A stretch of 64,000 nucleotides of DNA from assembly GCF_009914755.1 (NCBI RefSeq), contig NC_060927.1; one strand, given 5' to 3'. The notes under the pieces were generated by a model. The model was not told the origin of the DNA and searched no databases. It saw only the letters and a program-made list of their open reading frames with translations. This DNA comes from the human T2T-CHM13v2.0 reference genome, Homo sapiens. A program made the position numbers and the translations under genes. Below are positions 16,716 to 29,291 of the stretch, piece by piece; position 1 is the first letter of the stretch, and every line of letters starts with the position of its first letter.

Positions 16716-17969
16716 TAATTCGAAAGCAGCTCAACAAACCATAAGCACAAGAAAATTGAAAGTGATTATACTAAGGCACATTATAATTAAATTACTTTAA
16801 ATCACTGTTAAAGAATAAACATTATAAAGCAGTCAGAAAAAGAAAAAACATGTACACACGAACAAAGATAAGGAAGACAGCAAATTTCGTGTTGGAAGCA
16901 ACACAAGCCAAAGACAATGAAAGTAATAATATCTTCAATGTACTTTTTAAATATCGGTCTAGAATTCTATACACAGTAAAAATAACTCTTAAAAAACAAA
17001 TAAAGATTTTTTCAGACATACAAAACTTATACCAGGATAATTGTACCAGATGGAAATATAGATCTACACAAAGGAAAGAGAGCACCAGACATATAGAGGT
17101 TAACATAAAAGAACTTTTTCTTATTTCTAAGCTTCTTTAAAGATAATTGACTGCTTAAAGCAAAAAATGAAACTGATGTATTATTAGGTTTATAATGTAT
17201 GTAGAAATAAAATGTAAGACATAAATAGCACAAAGTCTAGGAATGAAGAAGTGGAAGTATACTGTTATAAGGTTTTTATACTATAAGTAAGGTCTGACAT
17301 TCATTATGAGAGGTGTGGCATCTCTAATTTATCTCTATAAACCCTAAATCAATCACTAAATTAACAAAGAGTTATAGCTAAAAGAATAACAAAGGAAATA
17401 AAATGGAGTTATAATATTCAATCCAAATGGAGGTAAATAAAGACAATAAAGGAGAAGAAAGAAAAGATGAGGAAATAGAAAAAAGACAAGGTGGTAAGTT
17501 TAAAGCCAGCTAGAGTAATAATCACACTAAACATAAACGGCCTAAATGCTCCAATTAAGAGGCAGCAATTGTCAGACTGGTTTAAAAATCAGGAGTCAAA
17601 TATAAAGTCACAAACAGGTTAAAACTAAAAGAATTGGGGATATAGTGTGCTAACATTGATTAAAAGAAAATTGAAGTGGCTATATTAATACCAGGCATAG
17701 TAAATATTCTTGCTTTTTAGGGCAAATACTAACAGTAATAAGCAGGGTCATTTTCTACTGATAAGAGGGTCAATTCAGTAAGTGGACATAACACTTATAA
17801 ATGTGTATGCACCTAATGACAAACTCCAAAATGTATGAAACAAAAACTGATAAAACCACAAGGAGAACTAGACAAATCACAATCCACATAGGCAGAGATT
17901 TCAACCTTCTCGCTCAATAACTGATAGAATACATGGACAGAAAATTAGTAAGGACATTAAAGGCTTGAC

Positions 17970-18043
17970 ACAGACTATCAACCAATTGACATAATTGAAA
18001 ATTACAGACTATCCACCAATTGACATAATTGAAAATTACAGAC
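17970..18043. repeat. 34-bp tandem duplication
   Basis: acagactatc(a/c)accaattgacataattgaaaatt twice, then a partial third start. Confidence 0.92.
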
Positions 18044-18141
18044 CAACACCAACAGAATTACTTTCAAGTTCACACAAATCATTTACAAAATGAGCCCATA
18101 ATCTCTGGGACATAAATCAAGTCTCAATAAAATTAAAAAGT

Positions 18142-20504
18142 TGTATTAGTTTGTTCTCATGCTGCTAATAAAGGCATACCCAAGGCTGAGTAATTTATAA
18201 AGGAAAGAGGTTTAATTACACACAGTTCAGCATGACTAAGGAAGCCTCAGGAAATTTATAATCATGGCAGAAGGTGAAGGGGAAGCAAAGCACCTTCTTC
18301 ACAAGATAGCAGGAAGGAGAAGTACTCAGCGAAGGGGGGAAGAGCCCCTTATAAAAGCATCCGATCTTGTGAGAACTCACTCACTTTCATGAGAACAGCA
18401 TGGAATAAACTGCCTCTATGATTCAATTACCTCACCTTGTCTCTCCCTTGACATGTGGGGATTATATTTCAAGATGAGATTTGGGTGGGGACACAAAGCC
18501 TAACCATATCATTCTGCCCTGGCCCTTCCCAAATCTCATGTCCCTTTCACATTTCAAAACAAATCATGCCTTCCCAACACTCCCCCAAAGTCTTAATTCA
18601 AATTAATTCTAGCACTAACCCAGAAGTCCAAATCCAAAGTCTCATCTGAGACAAGGCAAGTCTCTTCCACCTATGAGCCTACAAAATCAAAAGCAAGTTA
18701 GTTACTTCCTAGATACAATAGGGGCACAGGTATTGGGTAAATACACCCATTACAAATGGAAGATACTGGCCAAAATAAATGAGCTACAGGCCCCATGCAA
18801 GTCTGAAATCCAGCCAGGCAGTCGAATCTTAAAGCTCCAAAATGATCTCCTTTGACTCCATGTCTCACATCCAGATTACACTGATGCAAAAGGTGGGTTC
18901 CCATGGCCTTGGGCAGCTCTGCCTCTGTGGCTTTGTAGGGTACAGTACAGCCCTCCTCCTGGCTGCTTTCACGAGCTGGATTTGAGTGTCTGTGGCTTTT
19001 CCAGGTGCACAGCTCAAGCTGTCAGTGGATGTACCACTCTGCGGTCTGGAGCATGGTGGTCCTCTTCTCACAGCTCCACTAGGCAGTGTCCCAGTGGGGA
19101 CTCTGTGTGGGGGCTCCCACCCCACATTTCCCTTCTCCACTGCTTTAGCAGAGGTTCTCCATGATGGCTCCACCACTGCAGCAAACTTCTGCCTGGACAT
19201 CTGGGCATTTCCATACATCCTCTGAAATCTAGACAGGGGTTCCTAAAGCTCTCTTCTTGATGTCTGTGTACCCCACAAGCCCAATACCACATGTAAGCTG
19301 CCAAGGCTTGGGGTTTGCACCCTCCGAAGCAATGGCCCTAGCTGTACCATGGCTCCTTTTTGGAATGGCTAGGATGCAGGGCACCAAGTCCTGAGACTGC
19401 TCTTGAATGGAGCAGTTGGACTCTGGGCCCAGCCCAAAAAACCGTTTTTTTCTCCTAGGCCTCTGAGAGGGACTGCTGTGAAGATCTCTGACACACCCTG
19501 GAAACATTTTCCTCATTGTCTTGGTGATTAACATTTGGCTCCTTGTTACTTATGCAAATTTCTGCAGCAGGCTTGAATTTCTCAGAAAATGGGTTTTTCT
19601 TTTCTGTCACATTGTCAGGCTGCAAATATTCTAAGTTTTTCTGTTCTGCTTCCCTTTTAAACATAAGTTCCAATTCCAGATCAACTGTTTGTGAATACAT
19701 AAAACTGAATGCTTTTAAGAGCACCCAAGTTACATCTTGAACACTATGCTGCTTAGAAATTTCTCCCACTGGATACCCTAAATCATCTCTCTCAAGTTCA
19801 AAGTTCCACAGATCTCTAAGGCAGGGGCAAAATGCCACCAGTCTCTTTGTTAAAGCATAGCAAGAGTCACCTTTGCTCCACTTCCCAACAAGTTCCTCAT
19901 CTCCATCTGAGACCACCTCAGCCTGGATTTCATTGTCCATATCGCTATCAGCATTTTGGTCAAAACCATTCAGCAAGTCTCTAGGATGCTCCAAACTTTC
20001 CCACATCTTCCTGTTTTCTTCTGACCCCTCCAAACTGTTCCAACCTCTGCCTGTTACCCAGTTCCAAAGTCACTTCCACATTTTCGGGTATCTTTATAGC
20101 AGCACCCCACTCTTTGTGGTACCATTTTACTATATTAGTCTTTTTCATGCTGCTATAAAGACCTGCCTGAAACTAGGTGATTCATAGAGGAAAGAGGTTT
20201 AATTGACTCACAGTTCAGCATTGCTGGAGAGGCCTCAGGAAACTGACAATCATGGCAGAAGACAAAGAGGACACAAGGCACCTTCTTGACAAGGCAGGAA
20301 GAAGGAGAAGTGCTGAGCAAAGTGGTCGAGAGCCCCTTATAAAACTGTCAGATCTCGTGAGAACTCACTATCACAAGAACAGCATGGGGGAAACCGTCGA
20401 CATGATTCAATTACATCCACCTGGTCTCTCCCTTGACACATGGGGATTCTGGGGATTACAATTCAAGATGAGATTTGGGTGGGGACACAAAGCTAACCAT
20501 ATGA
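18142..20504 (-). mobile_element. Full-length THE1 (THE1C-like) MaLR: LTR 18142-18511, internal 18512-20130, LTR 20131-20504
   Basis: Two homologous ~370-bp LTRs ('gaaagaggtttaatt..cacagttcagcat..gcctcaggaaa', 'gatgagatttgggtggggacaca') flanking a ~1.6-kb THE1-int. Confidence 0.92.
19455..20033 (-). pseudogene. Remnant of the THE1/MST internal ORF (192 aa open stretch)
   Basis: Translation 'EGSEE.RKMWESLE.PRDLLNGFDQNADSDMDNE.QAEVVSDGDEELVG.WSKGDSCY' is the characteristic MaLR internal ORF. Confidence 0.8.
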
Positions 20505-22043
20505 AAACCTAAAAATGTCATAAAACGAGTAGAAAAATCATAGAGAATGCCTATGAAGCAGAATCCCTGCAGACAGATTTTACCTACTTAATTTTGTCTG
20601 GGCAGCAGAGTATACCATCAGCAGATGAATGACAATGCCAAGTTCAATTAAATGTTATACTTAGATATAGGCATTTTTTTAGGACTGGTTGAATTTCTTT
20701 CAGCCTCTAAAGCCATGCTGATTTACCTGACTGTTAAATCACATAGAAACCCCAGAATAATGACACTGACCAACAGGAAGAACTTACAACTGCACCATAT
20801 GAAAACTTGGTTATATGTTTGCCTACTTAGGTTCCAAAAGAGCAAGTGGCAACTGGATTTTCCCAATAGTTTTTCAAAAGTATAAAATTTTTATACTCAT
20901 ATAAATATGGAAGAAAGAAGACACAAGAGCACATGATGAAAACAACTGGAAAGTTGATTTTATTTTATAACAGGAGGAATAGAAATCATGTGCTATCTAA
21001 AACATAAACATAACATTTAAACTTTCAACTATGTCTGAATTCTATAAAGCTGCAATCAGATCTACCATTGGCAAGCCACAAGTACTTTATGTGACACAGG
21101 GACAGAGGCACAACAATCCTTCAAATTTGGAATAGTAGGCCTGGCTGCTGATGTAATGGGGAACAATGATTAAACTATCAATCAAACAGATTTTTTAAAT
21201 ATGTTGCATGTCATAGCCAGAGATTTCAAACCCAGGACAAAAATCTGGTGTTAGTTACAACAGAGATAAATTGGGTGGTCTCTTGGTACACAGATGATCA
21301 CAAAATCAGCATAATGTGGAAATCAATTCAAGGACTATTTTCTTCATCTCTGCTCATGAAGATTCCAAATTAATCAAAGTGTTGTTACAGATTTATAACC
21401 CATGGTTCTGCAAAGTGTTTAATGCTATTCTCTAGGTTATTTACCATGTTACCATGTTTCAAAGCAAAATCATTTAAGTGAGCCCCATTCTTTATCTGTA
21501 CCTAAGTATCTTTACTTTTTAAACAATTGAATTCCTGGTTATTTTTTCCAGATGTACAGCACTTCCAAAATTTAAGAACAACAACAACAACAACAATGAG
21601 GTAAATTTCATCCCTGAACCATCTGGAAAGCCAGAAGAAATGGGGTTGGTCTCAGTGCCAAATTCTCTCTAGAGCCTATTTTATGCTCACTCACATCTAA
21701 TTGAACATCCTTCCCTATATATGAAAGTTCAATTGAAATATTGCAAGGTCCCAGGTGATCACTTCCTCCTCAAGTTTGTTTCCAGAGAAAACTCTTTCTC
21801 TGTACTTAAATGTTGTAGACTGCATATCAAAAAAGGAAAGCACATATGATTCTCTTTATGTTACAGCTGCCAGAAACCAAATCCAAATTGTCTTCCCTGA
21901 ATATTATAATCTGTTTGGCCTTGGTGCCTAAAAGGAGGGGAATTTTATCTTTCTGAAATATGACCTGTTTCTTAAAGCAGGTATTCTATTTCAATGTGCA
22001 AGCCACTATAAGAACTTTTAGAAGTGGATAAAATGTAAAACTA

Positions 22044-22373
<330 letters not shown>

Positions 22374-22399
22374 TCATGTTTATAACTATACAGAAACTT

Positions 22400-22530
22400 T
22401 CATTCATGCCACAAATATTTCACATTTGTTATTATGTGACAGGTACTGTGTTAAGTGCTCATATATGGAAATAAACAAAACCTGGTTCCTACCTTAAGAG
22501 ACTCATAGACTAGTGGAGGACTCAGACAAG
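22400..22530 (-). mobile_element. L2 3' fragment
   Basis: 'cattcat..acaaatatt..tatgtgacaggtactgtgttaagtgct..tcctaccttaagagactcatagactagtgg'. Confidence 0.6.
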
Positions 22531-23389
22531 AAAAGTGAAATTTCTATGGATGGTCGTAGAGCTCCCACAAAAAGAAAACTGCTTTAGGGATTCAAATATC
22601 TCATTTCATCTAAAGCCACAACACCCATAGAAAGGCAGTTATTGCAAGTAATAGCAGCTTTCTGCTTTGTTCTCCAGTTATTTATCCAACTTTAACACTC
22701 CCTTCTAGTCAACATCTATTAACCTCTCTTCATATGTGGACCAATAGCCCAATTTCAAATATTCTGATGCAATCCTCATATCTTATACCAGATCACATGC
22801 CCCATGTTTCAGAGATGTAATCACTAGATGCATTCATTTCTACTTCCACACCAGCTTAGGCTGGTTTCCCACCCAAAAACCATTCCAGCCTCTTCATCAT
22901 CATCTCCTCATCCGTACAAATCTTAAATAATCCTCAAGGCACAGAGTAAACTCCACTTTGTCCTTGCCATACCTTCTGTTACTACAATGCCCTACCCTCT
23001 CTGCTCTCTGAACTCCTGGAGTACTTGTGGTAAATTAGACCCACTTTTATCTCCAGTTGTTTCCTATATATTAGTTTTACCTCTCCAAGTAAACTCAAAT
23101 TCCTTCAGGAACCACGTGCTCCAATAATGCTCAGAATACAAAAATGCTGCCAAAAAAATAGGTTAATCCTAATGTAGGTGGAAAATGAGGTCAAATGAGA
23201 CTATAATTTTTCTAAGGTAACAGGGCTAAATAATAAATACCATTAATAGCTACCATTTATCAAGTACCAATCTCACAAGTTCTATGTCATTCAAAATTAA
23301 AACAAAAATAGATTCTGGATTCTCTAGCTTTTGAGCAAGCATTTATATCACATGTTATACTTAACTCTACCATATTATTATGATAATAA

Positions 23390-23592
23390 GTTTTATTTAT
23401 TATCTACTTTGTGCCAAGAACTGTATATCTACGATTTCACTTTATCTTCATACAACTATATGTAGTAAATATAATTACCATCCCTCAAAAAGGTTAAAGC
23501 ATTTGCCCATGTGCTCATTGCATGAGTTTGAGGCAAGATTCTAAACTAGGTCTGTCTGACTAAAAATCTTTTGTTCTTTACCACTCTGTACT
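23390..23592 (-). mobile_element. MIR
   Basis: 'ctactttgtgccaagaactgt..atcttcatacaac..aggttaa..atttgcccat..aggtctgtctgact'. Confidence 0.6.
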
Positions 23593-25230
23593 ACCTCTGA
23601 ATTACAAAAAAAAGAACTCCATTCTTGCATCAATTCATCCATGTTTAAAAAGTGTAGGACACATGTTTATCCAATTCAGACTATATACCCAGCTCATACC
23701 TAGGTCCACATTATGTAGCACAAACTGGAAAGTTTACAATTTTCCATAAAACTTTAGTTCTGAGAGATGTAAATCTCCCAGTTACGTGGCACTTTTAAAA
23801 ATTGTAAAATCAGTCTTTTGGGTGGTCCAGGCTCACTGGACAACTAAGAAAGATACTTTGCATTGTACAGTTCCTAATCCCACACCTGGCAATTCCAGAC
23901 TAAATTATTTTACTATAGCATTGTTTGCTGTGTGTGTTTTGTTAGTTAATTTGTTTAGATAAGCTGATAGCAGATTATTTTAATTTCAGCCTGAAAAGCT
24001 CATACCTTGGTCTTTTTCCTCTGGCCAAATCATTGCATCTATTTAATTGTGCATGTTTGGAGGTGGGTTATTTTTCCCCCACTCATTGGCTAATTAAACA
24101 AGTAGTACAATAATTACCATCAAAACGTGGAAATTTCTATAGAATGCATTTCTTCCACATATGCACACATTTTGTTAATGCAAGTGGTAATTATTTACTT
24201 ATTTATCATCAATAGTGCCTGAAAGTCGGTTGGTCCTTAATTACTTCCTAATTATCCAGACCCCTATTTCTTTATAAAGACTGACTTGAAAACAGCAGTT
24301 CAATAGCTCAGACATTTTACAACTAACATTGATTTCTCCTCCCTCCTCATTTATTGACGGGCCATTCTCCCACTTGTATTTATTTTTCCATGATAAAATT
24401 ATAAATGAGCATGCTTATTCATTTTAATTCCTTCAGTTAGCATTAGCTCAGCTAGCCTCTTCATTTTCTTTGCCTCTTTTGGCTGTAATAGTTCTATTGA
24501 GATTCTCTTGTTTGAATCCTTCCCTGTGATCCATTTCAAGAATATGCTCCTTTCAGTTTTGAGCTTCGTCTTGCAAGTCCTATATACGTCATGCCCCCTT
24601 TCACAAAATTATGCTGCCAAATAATCATTTTAGCACATAAACTTCCTCAGCCCATGCCAACTTACACACTATCATCTTTTTAAGTTGTCCCTTTGTTCTC
24701 TTTGTAGCTTTAATATATGCAAAATTTGCAGATACTCTATCACATATATTTTGACAGAAAAATAAAACATATTCGTCAATGAATAGCATATGTATTTACC
24801 TCCAGTAGCCTGGGGAAAACAGAAACAATCAGAATAGTTCTATAAATAGAAGCTTCATCAGTTTAATCTCTTCAAACTTTCCACAAACACAACCATTCTG
24901 CCCAAGGTAAGATTCTCTTCCATGATTTGCTTTGTCCATAGCACAAGACCCTTATTTATCCTTCATTCTTCTTCCAAGCTCCAACATGTGCTTCAAAATG
25001 TATAATAATCTCTGCCTGATGAAATGGAAAGAAGTGGAAGAATTCTCACTTAAATAGCAGAGAATATTCCTTTAGTGACATTGACACCTTGGATGGGAAT
25101 TTTTTTGATGTACTCCTTTCTGAAAGTGATCTTTATCCCACTTCCACGTATCCTAAAATAATAAAACACAAATAAAAAAACTATACTTTTAAACTTAACC
25201 CATGGTATGAAACATGACAAAGTAAGACAT

Positions 25231-25725
25231 TGTATTAGTTTCCTGTTGCTGCTATAACAAATTACCAAAAACGTGGTGGCTTAAAACAACACAGATTCAT
25301 TATTTAACAGTTCTAGAAATCAGAAGTCTGAAATGGATCTCATTGAGCTAAAGTCAAGGTGGCAGCAGGGCTGTGTTCTTTCTAGAGGCTCTAGAGGTTC
25401 TTTCTAGAGGAAAATCTGTTTCCTTACCTTTCTAGCTTCTGGAGGCTGCCCACAAATTTAGCTCCCGGCCCCCTCTCATCTTTAAAGCCAGCAATGGGTG
25501 GATAAACTTCACACACTGCACCACTCTGACACTGACTCTCCTTCCATCTTTAACCTATAAGGAGCCTACGATTACGTTAAGCCCACCTAGATAATCCAGG
25601 ATAATCTACCCGTCTCAAAGTCAGCTGATTAGCAACTTTAATTCCTCCTTGCCATGTAATTTAACAGTTCACGGGTTCTGGGAATTAAGATGTGAACATC
25701 TTTGGGGAGCCATTTTTCTATTACA
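25231..25725 (-). mobile_element. MLT1D-like solo LTR
   Basis: 'tgtattagtttcctgttgctgctataacaaattacca..ggcttaaaacaacaca' ... 'gataatccaggataatct..ggttctgggaattaagatgtgaacatctttgggg'. Confidence 0.88.
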
Positions 25726-25779
25726 GTATTATGAATGAATTTGTTATGAACAAACAAACAAACAGAACCTACCTTTTCA

Positions 25780-26090
25780 AATGAATGTTATCTCCTTCAC
25801 AGTAGTCCCGCTTGGGTAGACTGCATTCTTTCTAATCATGCTGAAATTATTAAAGAGGTTCTATTTTTTGGTGGTGTCTGCAAGTTCAATGGAACATTCT
25901 TGGCATATCCATACTTGTATCAAATGTTTATGCTTTTAAATATGAATTTGCATTTGAACAGAGCCAAAAATCATATGAAAGCAAATGTATTGACTATCAT
26001 AAATAATCAAATAAAAAAGTGTCACTGAGTCAAAAACAAGACAAAACCAATGAAATAATGAGATTGATTTTTTTCAGTAGACTGATTTTT
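25780..26090. mobile_element. Possible MARNA-like (mariner) relic
   Basis: Weak recalled similarity 'atctccttcacagtagtcc..ttggg..atgctg'. Confidence 0.35.
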
Positions 26091-26119
26091 CTTGTAAATG
26101 ATAATGTTATAATAATCAT

Positions 26120-26320
26120 AATAATAATAAATAGCTAACCAAGCACTCATTAGGTATCCAGGACTATTCTAGGACTTTTACTTGAATTATCTTATACCTA
26201 TGAGGTAGGAACTATTATGAACTCCATTTTACATGAGTTTAATAAGTAGGGAGTTTAACTTATTTAAGGTTACCAGCTAGAAAGTGGAAGAGCAGGGATT
26301 CCAGCCCAAGGGATCTCTCC
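26120..26320 (-). mobile_element. MIR
   Basis: 'aatagctaac..agcactca..ccagg.ctattctagg..ctatgaggtagg..ccattttaca..aaggttaccagctagaaagtgg.agagcagggatt'. Confidence 0.75.
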
Positions 26321-26769
26321 TAATCCTGTTACCAGCAACATTTCTACACAATTCTCCCCATTTTCTTTTCACCTAACTTCCCACCCACAACCCTCATTTC
26401 GCTTTCACAAATATTTGTTCTATAATTTCATTATTTAGTTTAAAGGCAAAAAAGCTCCCTGTTGCCAAACAGATTTTTTATGTAAGCTAACATACATCTG
26501 GTCATTTATCTAATCAATTCCATCCTTTCTCATTTCATTTCAAGACAAAATATTCTGCTATAAAGCAGGAAAAAATATTTAAGTATAATAATAATAGCAA
26601 AAAAGTCAGGTGACATATTTATTTGGCTTGTGCTTTGTGACATTTAAGAATTGCATTATAACCAAAAACAAACCAAAAAAAAGAATAAACATGAGATAAA
26701 GACCAAGAGATGACTCCAAGTGGATAGCAATTATTCAGCTTTATCGTGGTGTGGAACAGGTATATTTTC

Positions 26770-27519
26770 AGTATGCTCCTCAATGTACAGGTATATGGAG
26801 CTATGTCATACAATGGTGCTGTGTCCAAATAAACCCATCATAAGTTGAAAATACTGTAAGTCAAAAACACACATTCAACTTACAATATTTTCTCTTTTTA
26901 AAAAAACAACAGAAATTTATTTTCTCAGTTCTGGAGGCTGGAATTCTAAAATTCTAAAATTAGGGCGTTGGCAGCTTTGGATCCTCTTAAGACCTCTCTC
27001 CTTCGCTTGCAGATGGCCACCTTCTCCCTGTGTCTTCACGTCCTTTTTTTTTCTGTGTGTGGAAGTCTCTGGTATCTTTCTGTCTGCCCATATTTCCTTT
27101 TCTTATGAGGACACCAGTCACATTGGATTAGAGCTTAAGCATATGAATTTTGGAAGACACAATTCAGTCCATAACAGTATGGTGCTCCACCTGAACCAGT
27201 GCACCACCCAGGTGAATCTGGAAGCTGCCACCACTGTCTCAGTGTCAGGGCCCACATCCCTCCCCTATTGCTGAGCATCAAGCCCTGTATGATGAGGGCT
27301 TTGCCTTCGTTCTCCCTTTTAAAACTTATAATGACCTTATGAGGTGGACTTGGCTATCCATGTCTTTCAGCTGAATGTTAGAAGCTTTAAGAGGTGAAAT
27401 AACTTGCCCAAGTTTGCCAACCAGAGTATAGCCTTGTCTAGTGTGTCTCAATTTTCAGTATTTTCCACTTAGGATGGGTTTATCAGAAAGTGACCCCACC
27501 ATAAGTAAAGGAGCATCTG
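26770..27519. mobile_element. MER47/Tigger5-type MITE split by a ~560-bp insertion (halves 26770-26892 and 27456-27519)
   Basis: Left end 'cagtatgctcctca..taaacccatcataagttgaaaat..gtaagtcaaaa'; right end 'tattttccactta.gatgggtttatc..cccaccataagt.aaggagcatctg'. Confidence 0.75.
26900..27176 (-). mobile_element. MLT1A-like LTR lacking its 3' terminus
   Basis: Minus strand begins 'tgttatggactgaattgtgtc' and runs to 'ccagaactgagaaaataaatttctgttgttt', then stops. Confidence 0.8.
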
Positions 27520-28274
27520 CAGAAAATATCTAGTGGCTCAGATTTTCTTCCCAGCAATTCTGGGTGCAGACGTTAAGTATGTAACATTTCTAAATGTTAC
27601 TCTGCCGTAAAAAGATCATCTCTAACTACCATCTTTATTGACAAATCAGTGGGAGAAGGAGACTTTCCGTCCTGAGGATAAGTCAGAAGGACACAGGCAC
27701 ACACAGTGTGATAATTCAGAGTCTGTGAAAAGGCTGAGAAAAGCCAAACCAGCCTGGCTGGCAAATTAACTCCTCTGAGGCTCCTTTCTGGGCAGCAGCA
27801 TCAGGAAGCCATTGAGAGCAGCTTAGCCGTAGAGAGGACTGGAAGGGGCTCTTTGGGCATATAATACAAAAAGCAGCAGACATACTTAGGCAACTCTTAT
27901 CCCTACAAAAGTAAGAATGTAAAGACGACTCTATCCCTATAAAAATTCAGCCTGTCACTTCGGCCCTGAAAATCACAGTAAGAAGCTGAAGTCCACATCA
28001 AGTGACTTGCAGGAAGTTCATGTCATCCCCTGGATTTCTGCAGATTCCCAGAATTATATTATCATGAACACCTCTCCCTCCCAGCTCCAGTCTCTGCTCA
28101 GTTAGTTCAGTCTAAGGATCATTTTTCCTTCCTAAGCCTAAGTTATCCTCCACACTACATCAACCTCCATAATTTACAAACACACAAATTAAAACACTCA
28201 CCCCTGGTGGCATGACATTGGTGTCTGAGTGTCTGGGAATACTGAATATGTATATGTTGTAAATTGAGACAGAC

Positions 28275-28324
28275 TATATATATATATATGTGTGTATATA
28301 TATATATACACATATATATATATA
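28275..28324. repeat. (TA)n/(TG)n microsatellite
   Basis: Read directly from the sequence. Confidence 0.9.
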
Positions 28325-28384
28325 ACAGCATTACACAAAAACTCACATGTAATATATGACATCTCCATTCATTAAAGTTTTTGG

Positions 28385-29291
28385 GGGGGGAGGAGCCAAG
28401 ATGGCCGAATAGGAACAGCTCCGGTCTACAGCTCCCAGCCTGAGCGACGCAGAAGACGGGTGATTTCTGCATTTCCATCTGAGGTACCGGGTTCATCTCA
28501 CTTGGGAGTGCCAGACAGTGGGCGCAGGCCAGTGTGTGTGCGCACCGTGCGCGAGCCGAAGCAGGGCGAGGCATTGCCTCACCTGGGAAGCGCAAGGGGT
28601 CAGGGAGTTCCCTTTCCGAGTCAAAGAAAGGGGTGACGGACGCACCTGGAAAATCGGGTCACTCCCACCCGAATATTGCGCTTTTCAGACCGGCTTAAGA
28701 AACGGCGCACCACGAGACTATATCCCACACCTGGCTCAGAGGGTCGTACGCCCACGGAATCTCGCTGATCACTAGCACAGCAGTCTGAGATCAAACTGCA
28801 AGGCGGCAACCAGGATGGGGGAGGGGCGCCCGCCATTGCCCAGGCTTGCTCAGGTAAACAAAGCAGCCAGGAAGCTCGAACTGGGTGGAGCCCACCACAG
28901 CTCAAGGAGGCCTGCCTGCCTCTGTAGGCTCCACCTCTGGGGGCAGGGCACAGACAAACAAAAAGACAGCAGTAACCTCTGCAGACTTAAGTGTCCCTGT
29001 CTGACAGCTTTGAAGAGAGCAGTGGTTCTCCCAGCACGCAGCTGGAGATGTGAGAACCGGCAGACTGCCTCCTCAAGTGGGTCCCTGACCCCTGACCCCC
29101 GAGCAGCCTAACTGGGAGGCACCCCCCAGCAGGGGCACACTGACACCTCACACGGCAGGGTATTCCAACAGACCTGCAGCTGAGGGTTCTGTCTGTTAGA
29201 AGGAAAACTAACAACCAGAAAGGACATCTACACCGAAAACCCATCTGTACATCACCATCATCAAAGACCAAAAGTAGATAAAAGCACAAAG
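28385..29291 (+). promoter_or_regulatory. L1 5'UTR: CpG-rich internal sense promoter (YY1 site 28397-28406) and antisense promoter
   Basis: caagatggcc intact; many CpGs retained; antisense splice donors intact (exon ends at 28731 and 28646 on the - strand). Confidence 0.85.
28621..28836 (-). CDS. ORF0: L1 ORF0 (71 aa primate antisense ORF)
   Basis: MAGAPPPSWLPPCSLISDCCASDQRDSVGVRPSEPGVGYSLVVRRFLSRSEKRNIRVGVTRFSRCVRHPFL*, ATG at 28836. Confidence 0.85.
   Translation of the reverse strand: MAGAPPPSWLPPCSLISDCCASDQRDSVGVRPSEPGVGYSLVVRRFLSRSEKRNIRVGVTRFSRCVRHPFL

Larger units (their letters stand above)
16060..18141 (+). mobile_element. Old L1M (L1MC-like) ORF1 / inter-ORF / EN-region remnant
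   Basis: Decayed ORF1 ('gacattgcagaaaaaaagattagtgaacttgaag') and EN start ('ctaaatgctccaattaagaggcag..ttgtcagactgg', 'tgtgtatgcacctaat'). Confidence 0.75.

Noticed and set aside
17970-18043. 34-bp repeats as a CRISPR-like array
   Set aside because: Only two adjacent units, no spacers, inside an L1 in a mammalian genome.
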